A stretch of DNA of 64,000 bases, taken from a virus. This document shows, one piece after another, positions 1 to 7,180 of this stretch; the stretch's first letter is position 1, and each line of letters starts with the position of its first letter. The stretch is taken from the IMG/VR virus record IMGVR_UViG_3300007539_000013, positions 1-64,000 of that record; one strand, written 5' to 3'. The notes under the pieces were generated by a model that saw only the letters and a program-made list of their open reading frames with translations, was not told the DNA's origin and made no database searches. Both the position numbers and the translations under genes were made by a program.

Positions 1-1
1 A

Positions 2-499
2 TCATCAGCAAGCATTAAGCACTCGAGAATCAGCGGGGAGACAAAGAATAAAAACAAGGAGTCAGTTGACTTCATTAAACAAGAAACACAAGTGATGCTA
101 CTAAGTATCGGGTGTGCCCAAGCATTATCTTGGGATCAATGCCCTAACCTAATTATTGCAAGCCTTGACTGGTCTTATGGTAAGTTCAATCAAGCACTGG
201 GTCGTGTATATCGACTAAACTCTAAGGTAGATGTAAATATCTACTGCATACTAATCAAGGACACCATTGAGGAGCTGGTCTATGACAAGTTAGTTCGTAA
301 GGAGGATGCAGCTATGACCGTTATGCACGGAAAGCGTGTGCCAAGGAAAACTAAGACCATGGAACCAAGTGAGCTTCTAGCTGAACACTTGTTCGACTGG
401 AAGGATCACGGAGGCTTGCTTGCTGAGTATGACCTTGAGGAGAAGTACTGGCCGATACTCAAGAATAAACTAATAGACTGCAGGGGGGTACGCCTATGA
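2..499 (+). CDS. SNF2/SF2 helicase C-terminal domain (5'-truncated by window edge)
   Basis: Frame is open from base 2; motif VI-like DWSYGKFNQALGRVYR followed by VNIYCILIKDTIEE. Confidence 0.8.
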   Translation, partial: SSASIKHSRISGETKNKNKESVDFIKQETQVMLLSIGCAQALSWDQCPNLIIASLDWSYGKFNQALGRVYRLNSKVDVNIYCILIKDTIEELVYDKLVRKEDAAMTVMHGKRVPRKTKTMEPSELLAEHLFDWKDHGGLLAEYDLEEKYWPILKNKLIDCRGVRL

Positions 500-741
500 A
501 GCGTATGTCTTTCGCAGAATGGGAAGACACGTTCGGCCCATACGAGGAGCATGACTCTGTTCCGCAAGATGCAAATCTAAACAAAACATGGAGCTTCGTT
601 CAGCTAGACTGGGAGGATGAATATGAAACAGATAAGTTCATACTACCCGGTGTGGAGACCAAGGTCGAAGTTCTTAAATTCTATATAACTAAACACGCGT
701 ACACCTTCATTGATCAGGAGGTGGCGGTAACCTACAACTAG
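496..741 (+). CDS. hypothetical protein
   Basis: ATGA overlap with helicase stop; GGGGG RBS-like sequence. Confidence 0.65.
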   Translation: MKRMSFAEWEDTFGPYEEHDSVPQDANLNKTWSFVQLDWEDEYETDKFILPGVETKVEVLKFYITKHAYTFIDQEVAVTYN

Positions 742-754
742 GAGGATAATAATC

Positions 755-1435
755 ATGACAACAAAAGTAATAGAAACAGAAGTGGCAGATGATGAATGGG
801 ATATGGAGGATTCATCACCCGAGATGGCTACAACCAAATCGGATGATTCTTTGCATGTTATAAAATTGCCAGAAGACACAGATAAAAATGGAGTGCATAC
901 CGACTTCTTGGCGCAAATCGTTGCGAAGCACTTGCACTCGAAAGACCTGGAAGCCAAGCAGAAGAAGGCTTGCCAAAAGTCAAGGCTCACAAAGCATGCC
1001 CTTGAGACCATAGATAACCTAAGCTTCTTGCCAAGTGCGGTCATCTACCAACTTGGTGCAAGGCAGGTGCGGGTCAGCGTAAAGGACGCATATCGTGCCA
1101 TTGATAAGGATAAGTTCCTTGCGATTAAGAAATATGCCCCTGAGTTTGCTAAGCAGGCATTCACTGCAGCCCCCGTGATTTCTGTGAAGAGTACTCAAAT
1201 CCCAGCGTCTGCACGCAAGGAGATTCAGGAGTGGATCGAAATGGGGAGAGCTATTCTGATGGCGCATAAAGTAGCAGAGCCAAACAATGTGATTAGCTTC
1301 ACGAACAAGTATCAGCCAAAGACAACAGTTAATAGTCTGAGACAGAAGCAGGATGTACTGGTTCAGGAGGGTCTTAACTCAGACCTACCACTCGGGACTG
1401 TTCTAACTGTAGCAAAATGTAACACGAAAGGATAA
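755..1435 (+). CDS. hypothetical protein
   Basis: AGGAGG RBS, 226-aa ORF, co-directional cluster. Confidence 0.75.
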   Translation: MTTKVIETEVADDEWDMEDSSPEMATTKSDDSLHVIKLPEDTDKNGVHTDFLAQIVAKHLHSKDLEAKQKKACQKSRLTKHALETIDNLSFLPSAVIYQLGARQVRVSVKDAYRAIDKDKFLAIKKYAPEFAKQAFTAAPVISVKSTQIPASARKEIQEWIEMGRAILMAHKVAEPNNVISFTNKYQPKTTVNSLRQKQDVLVQEGLNSDLPLGTVLTVAKCNTKG

Positions 1436-1441
1436 GTAACA
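1418..1441 (+). promoter_or_regulatory. TGTWACA-N10-TGTWACA element, copy 1
   Basis: TGTAACA CGAAAGGATA AGTAACA immediately before ATG 1442. Confidence 0.75.
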
Positions 1442-1786
1442 ATGTCATACGAATATGAATATGAACCTATTGAACTAAGGGGATACACTTACGCTTGTAG
1501 CGGTAAAGTTGAATTCACTTATGTACCCGGAGATAAAGGTGACTGGGGTTCGCAACCATTCGACTCACATGCTGAGGATATAAATATTATACTCAAAGAA
1601 GTATGGGACGAGGATGACGAGAGTGTCACCGATGAGGCAATCCTGAAAGAACTAAGGACAGCCCTAGAAAAACATTACAACAATAACCAAGACATACTTA
1701 CTGATGACTGGGAGGAGACCGCAATGGAGGTCGCAGCATCAAATAGGCATGACGAATACATAGAAAGGATGAACAGTGAGTACTGA
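1442..1786 (+). CDS. hypothetical acidic protein
   Basis: AAGGA RBS inside the 24-bp element; overlaps next gene. Confidence 0.7.
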   Translation: MSYEYEYEPIELRGYTYACSGKVEFTYVPGDKGDWGSQPFDSHAEDINIILKEVWDEDDESVTDEAILKELRTALEKHYNNNQDILTDDWEETAMEVAASNRHDEYIERMNSEY

Positions 1787-2111
1787 ACAAAGTGAACTAG
1801 AAAAAATAATCCGTGAGTATATTACCAACTGCACGGACGAGCAATTAGATGAGATTGCCCCTCATATAGTAAAGAAAGCAGACGGGCATGAGGATGCAGA
1901 GGAACTGGGCATTAAGTGGGATATAATGAATGATGAGGTAGACGCAGAAGATCTGCGTAGATACATCGCTGACTACTGGGTGAATGATGTGGGATGTGTG
2001 ACCACAAGTGTCCGTCTATTCAAGCATTGCTGGGATAGGCTATACGAAACACTAGAGTGCCAAGGGTTCCGTCGCACACCACATGGACTCACTCATGAGT
2101 CTGAACTGTAA
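1776..2111 (+). CDS. hypothetical protein
   Basis: AAGGA RBS, GTG start, tight packing. Confidence 0.65.
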   Translation: MSTEQSELEKIIREYITNCTDEQLDEIAPHIVKKADGHEDAEELGIKWDIMNDEVDAEDLRRYIADYWVNDVGCVTTSVRLFKHCWDRLYETLECQGFRRTPHGLTHESEL

Positions 2112-2130
2112 CACGAAAGGATAAGTAACA
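2107..2130 (+). promoter_or_regulatory. TGTWACA-N10-TGTWACA element, copy 2 (identical to copy 1)
   Basis: TGTAACACGAAAGGATAAGTAACA; last A is the A of ATG 2130. Confidence 0.75.
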
Positions 2131-2432
2131 TGACAACAAATAATATAGGAGTATTCGGTAAGGATAAACTAATCAGGAAGATTGCAGATCATTGCGCCAA
2201 TAATGATGGAGTCATCCACGACTCAAATCTTGATAACTTGATTAATAATCTGCGTAAGTCTGAGGCTTACAAAAATGCAAGCATTACCGATCTGTTCACT
2301 GCAGATCCCTACGAGGATGATTCGCACGACATAATTGAGCGTGCCCAAACTGATACGCAGGTACCGTCAGAGTACTGGAGGCTAACGGACTATGGTAACC
2401 AATGTATTACTCCAGGGAGGTGGTTTAAATGA
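2130..2432 (+). CDS. hypothetical protein
   Basis: ORF with RBS, ATGA coupling to next gene. Confidence 0.65.
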   Translation: MTTNNIGVFGKDKLIRKIADHCANNDGVIHDSNLDNLINNLRKSEAYKNASITDLFTADPYEDDSHDIIERAQTDTQVPSEYWRLTDYGNQCITPGRWFK

Positions 2433-2665
2433 AACGAATAATCCACATCAATCAGCACAGGATTCGTGCTAACACCAAGAATGGCACCTGTGATCCTGTA
2501 ATTACTTGTAAGACCTACAAGGACAATCAGTACGCCCATTCCGTATCCATACTAGATAAGGAAGGTAATGAGGCGTGCAAAGTAATCTACTCTCCAGACA
2601 AGCCACTAAGTTGTGGAGCCAGAGTCTGGATAGAAACCAACAACGAAATAACACTAAGGAGGTAA
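2429..2665 (+). CDS. conserved phage hypothetical protein (IHxNQH...PLSCGARVWIET type)
   Basis: Resembles a common phage small-protein pattern; GGGAGG RBS. Confidence 0.75.
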   Translation: MKRIIHINQHRIRANTKNGTCDPVITCKTYKDNQYAHSVSILDKEGNEACKVIYSPDKPLSCGARVWIETNNEITLRR

Positions 2666-2670
2666 ATAAT

Positions 2671-2856
2671 ATGAAAGTTAGATATATAGCAACCTGCATA
2701 GAGGCAGGCGAAATCTTTTCCACTACATTCGTGTCCGAGGAGACTGATGAGCGGAAGCTCAAGCGTGAGGGCATGGAACTCGCAGCTGGGTGGGGTGGAG
2801 AGTGCATCACTGTAGTGAAGGACGATAACCAAGAAAACTTGGAGGCAGATAAATGA
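2671..2856 (+). CDS. hypothetical protein
   Basis: AAGGAGG RBS before ATG 2671 (shorter than the track ORF 2575..2856). Confidence 0.65.
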   Translation: MKVRYIATCIEAGEIFSTTFVSEETDERKLKREGMELAAGWGGECITVVKDDNQENLEADK

Positions 2857-3221
2857 GTGACTTAAAAGTAACAAGCGTACGATACTTTGAGACCCGCAGG
2901 GGTACAGGGTATGAGGTAAAAACCAATGTCGATGGCATTGAGATATGGAATGACGGAACAGGAGGGCCGATCTACCTTGAGGGATCCGCTCGTGATCTCC
3001 TGCCATACAAGCACCTGACGGAGAAGGATCTGCACAAGCTTATTGATGAGTTTGAGAGTTGGACAAACACCACAGCATGGAAGGATGCCTACCGAATGTT
3101 GTCCAAAAAGGAAGGCAAGTCATCGGACGATACGGAGCGTGAGATATGTAATATCCAAGACATGAGCAAGGAGGATGCAGTTGTGTACCTGGTAAACGAA
3201 CTAGCAGGGAGGATACTATGA
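2853..3221 (+). CDS. hypothetical protein
   Basis: GGAGG RBS, ATGA coupling. Confidence 0.7.
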   Translation: MSDLKVTSVRYFETRRGTGYEVKTNVDGIEIWNDGTGGPIYLEGSARDLLPYKHLTEKDLHKLIDEFESWTNTTAWKDAYRMLSKKEGKSSDDTEREICNIQDMSKEDAVVYLVNELAGRIL

Positions 3222-3439
3222 AACCAAAGCCAGCAACCAAAGAGGAGATCGAGAACCTGTTCGTTAAGCAAATGTACAAGGATAGACCGAGGGAAACCCA
3301 CACAGATAATTACACAATGGATTGCCCTGCGTGCAATGCTCCCGCTGAAGGTGAAGGCGTGTTCTTCTCCGACTCAGGTGAGTTAATTAAGAATAACTTT
3401 GTGCAATGCACGAAGTGTGACTGGCACCAAGCATCATGA
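3218..3439 (+). CDS. small zinc-ribbon protein
   Basis: CPAC...CTKC pair; GGGAGG RBS. Confidence 0.65.
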   Translation: MKPKPATKEEIENLFVKQMYKDRPRETHTDNYTMDCPACNAPAEGEGVFFSDSGELIKNNFVQCTKCDWHQAS

Positions 3440-4284
3440 AGGAATACTTCGTTGGAACAGATGACTTCCAGCGAGCCCACAAAGTGAATGCCATGATCTC
3501 GGCAAACGCTTTGGTACGGATCAACAATGGAGTCTTGCAAGTACGCAAGGCTCCGATCCGTGTGGGTCGTTGGATGATGGACTCGGGAGCATTCTCCCAA
3601 GTCACAAAGTACGGGGACTTTATTATGTCGCCCGAAGAATATGTACGCATTGCCGTACGCTTTCAGGACTGCGGTGATCTTGCTTGCATCGTAACACAAG
3701 ACTATATGTGTGAGCCTGATGTCATAAGGATGCTAAGGAACAAAGGTAAGGAAGCATCAGTGAGGATACATCAACGCAAAAGCGTGGAAAGGTATAAGCA
3801 GATTGTAATAGAAGCCGAGCGACAAGGCCTTAAGGTTCCAGTCATGCCTGTACTTCAAGGATGGGAAGTCGAGGACTACATTGAGCATTGGCACAGGTTA
3901 TGTGCGGTCAACCGACAGTTAGGTAGGAAGGGTAAAACTGTTGAGGCTTTTGGTTGGAATCATAACCAACCACGATGGGTAGGAATTGGATCCACCTGTA
4001 AGCGTAACAAGAACCCAGAGGTGGTAAGTCAAATACTTGACACCTTGCCATGGGAGTTCATCAATAGCCACGATGTGCGAATACACCTGTTTGGGTACAA
4101 GACCACCGGTCTCAAGTCCGACAAGATCAAAGATCGTATCTACTCAGCAGACTCATTCGCATACGACTTCACCAACAGACTCAATGGTGTGGTGCGTAAG
4201 CGTACAGACAGAATTAAATCAGCAAAAGAATTCGGAAACAAAATCGTACATAACAATGTACAGACCACACTTGCTTTAGCATAA
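3436..4284 (+). CDS. TGT-fold / DpdA-like 7-deazaguanine transglycosylase (candidate DNA-modifying enzyme)
   Basis: MDSGAFS, QDYMCEP, PVLQGW, VGIGSTCKR, HLFGYK and SADS motifs typical of the TGT/DpdA-like family. Confidence 0.75.
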   Translation: MKEYFVGTDDFQRAHKVNAMISANALVRINNGVLQVRKAPIRVGRWMMDSGAFSQVTKYGDFIMSPEEYVRIAVRFQDCGDLACIVTQDYMCEPDVIRMLRNKGKEASVRIHQRKSVERYKQIVIEAERQGLKVPVMPVLQGWEVEDYIEHWHRLCAVNRQLGRKGKTVEAFGWNHNQPRWVGIGSTCKRNKNPEVVSQILDTLPWEFINSHDVRIHLFGYKTTGLKSDKIKDRIYSADSFAYDFTNRLNGVVRKRTDRIKSAKEFGNKIVHNNVQTTLALA

Positions 4285-4285
4285 A

Positions 4286-4309
4286 AGTTACACGATATTT
4301 ATTGTATCA
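4286..4309 (+). promoter_or_regulatory. TGTWACA-N10-TGTWACA element, copy 3
   Basis: AGTTACA CGATATTTAT TGTATCA directly upstream of the structured element. Confidence 0.6.
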
Positions 4310-4311
4310 TA

Positions 4312-4485
4312 TTCATTCACATAGGGTTCATTGAGACTCGCTTTCTTAACCTTTAGTAGAAGGGTGTATGGCTTTTCACTTTGGGCATGCACCTGAAGGT
4401 GTCTTCGGACACAGCGAGAAGGGATAATGCGAGTACGGGCAGCAAATCCGTATGATGACCAAAAACCTGCCCTATTGTGAAATGA
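4312..4485 (+). ncRNA. putative structured ncRNA / cis-element of unknown class
   Basis: Closing stem TTCACATAGGG 4316-4326 / CCCTAT-t-GTGAA 4470-4481; ACTCGC/GCGAGT; GTGTC-TTCG-GACAC hairpin; ACCTTT/AAGGGT and TACGGG/TCCGTA hairpins. Confidence 0.6.
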
Positions 4486-4497
4486 TTTGACACATAG

Positions 4498-4521
4498 TGT
4501 TACACTTTAGTAGGTGTAACA
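4498..4521. promoter_or_regulatory. TGTWACA-N10-TGTWACA element, copy 4 (perfect 8-bp inverted repeat, 8-bp spacer)
   Basis: TGTTACAC-TTTAGTAG-GTGTAACA, 1 nt before the recombinase start codon. Confidence 0.8.
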
Positions 4522-4522
4522 T

Positions 4523-5578
4523 GTGAAAATTTATAAAGAAAAGACAGGGATATACTATGTATCCTTCATGTCTGCCGGTGGAAAGCGGAAAAGAAAGTCG
4601 CTTGAAACTAAAAATTTAAGCACAGCTAAACAGTTGTGCAAGGATGCAAAAATACAAGAGCTTGAGATGGCAGCCCGTGCGGGTGCGTTGCAACGAGAGG
4701 CAATTTCCATGATCGTTGCAGATAGGAAGATCAAGCTATCCGAGTTAATTATTGAGTGGAAAAGATACAAGTCTGACTTAGCTCAATCAGGTAATACAAT
4801 TTATACACAAGAATCATTGATTCGTGCGTTTATAGACTTTGCGGGGGTCGCTCATCTTCATGGGGTAACCAAGGAGATGGTGGCGAATTACATCAACCAG
4901 AGCGGAGATACAAAGGCAGGGAGTCGCGAACAGCGACACTCTGCCTTGCGTTCTTTGTATCAGTTTGCAATCGCTAAGGGTTACACTATCACAAACCCCA
5001 CCAAGCTAGTTGCAGTCGATAAAGGTAAGCTAACTCACAAGCAAAAGGAGAAGGTACCAAGGAAGCCTTTTACCAAGGAGGAGTACAATCAGATTATTGC
5101 ACAAGGTGATCATTTCTTTATGGAGGCAACGGCATTAGCTTGGTGGACAGGTATGAGGCTTTCTGACATTGCAAGACTTGAGTGGGACTCTGTTGATTTT
5201 GAAAGTAAGACTTTAATTGTGCATACCAAAAAAACGGATGCTCGTATTTGCATACCACTTACTCATCCACTTGTTGGACGAGGTGCAGTTCTGCGGATGC
5301 TTGAGAAGTTATCTAAAGAAAAGACGAGCGAAACCTATGTGTTTCCTGAGCAAATGATGATCGATAAAGACCCAACAAAGCGAGCAAAACTATCCGTATA
5401 TTACGGAAGGATGCTCGGGCGAATCGGGATTAGTGGCAAATCTTTTCACTGCCTTCGTCACTCATTTGTTTCAAGATGTCGCGAAGCAGGAAAGACTTTG
5501 GAGCAGATTGCGGTTTGGGTTGGACATTCCTCTGAGAGCACGACGCAGCTATACGATCACCAAGGCTCCAGGATCTAA
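4523..5578 (+). CDS. tyrosine recombinase A (integrase/XerC-like)
   Basis: TGMRLSD (R), HTKKT (K), FHCLRH (HxxR), VGHS...QLY (H, Y) all present; N-terminal arm-binding-like beta region. Confidence 0.92.
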   Translation: MKIYKEKTGIYYVSFMSAGGKRKRKSLETKNLSTAKQLCKDAKIQELEMAARAGALQREAISMIVADRKIKLSELIIEWKRYKSDLAQSGNTIYTQESLIRAFIDFAGVAHLHGVTKEMVANYINQSGDTKAGSREQRHSALRSLYQFAIAKGYTITNPTKLVAVDKGKLTHKQKEKVPRKPFTKEEYNQIIAQGDHFFMEATALAWWTGMRLSDIARLEWDSVDFESKTLIVHTKKTDARICIPLTHPLVGRGAVLRMLEKLSKEKTSETYVFPEQMMIDKDPTKRAKLSVYYGRMLGRIGISGKSFHCLRHSFVSRCREAGKTLEQIAVWVGHSSESTTQLYDHQGSRI

Positions 5579-5690
5579 GGTGCTGAGGAAGATTGTCAGG
5601 ATCAATCCCACGCTTGATAAAAAACCTTCGATGGGCGAGATTTACTTCCCGCTTAAATTTATCTGAGTAAATGGAATAGTCATTCCTCAT
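5430..5690 (-). CDS. hypothetical protein (MRNDYSIY...), overlapping the recombinase 3' end antisense
   Basis: ATG 5690 overlaps the stop of the preceding minus-strand gene. Confidence 0.45.
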   Translation of the reverse strand: MRNDYSIYSDKFKREVNLAHRRFFIKRGIDPDNLPQHLRSWSLGDRIAASCSQRNVQPKPQSAPKSFLLRDILKQMSDEGSEKICH

Positions 5691-5874
5691 CACCCAAATC
5701 AATCTCAGACTCGAATTCAACTTCCTCCTCCTCGTAGTATTCGTCTATCGCCTCGCTTACGCACTCAAGTATTTCATTGGAATCAAGGTCGGATTCTTCT
5801 TCCCACCTATGAAATAGAGCCTTGACCTCATGGGTGCATTTTCTTTTTGCATCCTCCTCTTCGTCTACGCTCAT
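5680..5874 (-). CDS. hypothetical acidic protein
   Basis: ATGA-coupled to HNH gene. Confidence 0.7.
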   Translation of the reverse strand: MSVDEEEDAKRKCTHEVKALFHRWEEESDLDSNEILECVSEAIDEYYEEEEVEFESEIDLGDEE

Positions 5875-6116
5875 CTTGTCTTATGCCTATTCTTGCTCCT
5901 GTTTTTCCTTACCGAGGAGCAGGTCAAATTTGATCTGCTATTATTTCTTGGATTGCCATCCTTGTGATGCACATCCTTACCCTTAGGGCATTTGATCTTA
6001 CGCCTAGCCTTATTTCGGTTAGACCTATTTTTTATTTGCTCGGGCTTACTGTTGTATTTGCGTTGGTATACGCTCCTCTTTTTTGCACCCGGTTTTCTGT
6101 ATCCCTTCTCAGGCAT
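5871..6116 (-). CDS. small basic HNH-motif protein
   Basis: DVHHKDGNPRNNSRSNL. Confidence 0.75.
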   Translation of the reverse strand: MPEKGYRKPGAKKRSVYQRKYNSKPEQIKNRSNRNKARRKIKCPKGKDVHHKDGNPRNNSRSNLTCSSVRKNRSKNRHKTR

Positions 6117-6234
6117 GGCATAGCTGTCTTTTAATCATTTCATCCATTGCCTCTACCAGGTCAATTTCTGGACTGTTGCTATATATAACAATAAAAAGCC
6201 CGAGGTCATGGTTACAAATGATATGTTTGTGCAT
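6109..6234 (-). CDS. small protein (41 aa, MHKHIICNHDLGLFIV...), not in ORF track
   Basis: ATG 2 nt after element copy 5; stop overlaps next start. Confidence 0.5.
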   Translation of the reverse strand: MHKHIICNHDLGLFIVIYSNSPEIDLVEAMDEMIKRQLCHA

Positions 6235-6236
6235 AT

Positions 6237-6260
6237 TGTAACTTAATGTTTCGTGTAACA
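6237..6260 (-). promoter_or_regulatory. TGTWACA-N10-TGTWACA element, copy 5
   Basis: Minus strand reads TGTTACA CGAAACATTA AGTTACA. Confidence 0.7.
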
Positions 6261-6270
6261 CTTTGGCAAA

Positions 6271-7179
6271 CTATTTAGCTCGTATTGCCTCGATAATTGG
6301 ATCGCATATATCCACCCCATCCTTACTGGACTTACGGCAACTTATCTTAAGCCATACAGCACCAGTAGGTTTGGGAGGCCCTCCCCTTTCGATATGCCAA
6401 CCACCATACCCATCGACATATTCTTCTTTATAGGACGGAACTTTTAGGTGAAGTTGCTCATCATGGTATACCTTTCCCTTATTAGTTAATCTAATACGAG
6501 GGATAGGGAACTGCCACTCGTTGTGCGTATGCCCTGTTGCTACAATATGAGCGTCTGGAAGGTATACAGCTTGCCTGCTTGTTTGAATGGTTCCTTTAGT
6601 AACGGGAGCATCTCCTCCGTAACCATGGTGGTACCACAAATTAATCGCCATTGCTTGACCAGATAAAAGTAGTTGAAATTTCACCCATCCACTAAATCCA
6701 CCTAAATGAATTTTTGATCCATGCCTGTCATTGAGCATAGTAACTAATCGCTCTGTTAAGTTAGTCTCATGCCTTTTGGATATAGCAGTTTCGTGATTAC
6801 CTGGTGCCATGATCGCAAACAGGTCAGCGTACGGGCCGTAAAAGTCGGCTGCCGTTTTCACCAATGAGTCAAGGTAGTCTCCCTTTTGATGTTCAGGCTT
6901 TACATCACGCTTATCAGATCTTGGGTCATACTTACCTTGCATGGCACAAAACAGATCTCCCCCGTCTATGATTATGGCATTTCTTTCCCTAGCTTGGCGA
7001 AGGTGCCTAAGCTCCATGACATTATCAGACTTAGGGTTATCATGATGCCTATCAAAGCTAAGTAATACCCAAAAGGCATCCTTTTCCTTGGTAGACTTAA
7101 GTTGGTGCTTTATAAAATGAACATTTCTGCTCTTCTCAATTACTTCTGTGGTTCCTGGGGGCAGTTTTTTTACTGGCAT
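6271..7179 (-). CDS. calcineurin-like metallophosphoesterase
   Basis: DxH (FDRH), GGDL, GNHE, HHG and GHTH motifs. Confidence 0.85.
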   Translation of the reverse strand: MPVKKLPPGTTEVIEKSRNVHFIKHQLKSTKEKDAFWVLLSFDRHHDNPKSDNVMELRHLRQARERNAIIIDGGDLFCAMQGKYDPRSDKRDVKPEHQKGDYLDSLVKTAADFYGPYADLFAIMAPGNHETAISKRHETNLTERLVTMLNDRHGSKIHLGGFSGWVKFQLLLSGQAMAINLWYHHGYGGDAPVTKGTIQTSRQAVYLPDAHIVATGHTHNEWQFPIPRIRLTNKGKVYHDEQLHLKVPSYKEEYVDGYGGWHIERGGPPKPTGAVWLKISCRKSSKDGVDICDPIIEAIRAK

Positions 7180-7180
7180 T

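Noticed and set aside
4392-4421. CTGAAG-stem-GAGAA as a hammerhead ribozyme
   Set aside because: Lacks the CUGANGA and GAAA core at the required positions
4427-4480. Mini-ORF MRVRAANPYDDQKPALL resembling a tmRNA tag
   Set aside because: No tRNA-like ends (no T-arm or CCA) and the element is far shorter than tmRNA
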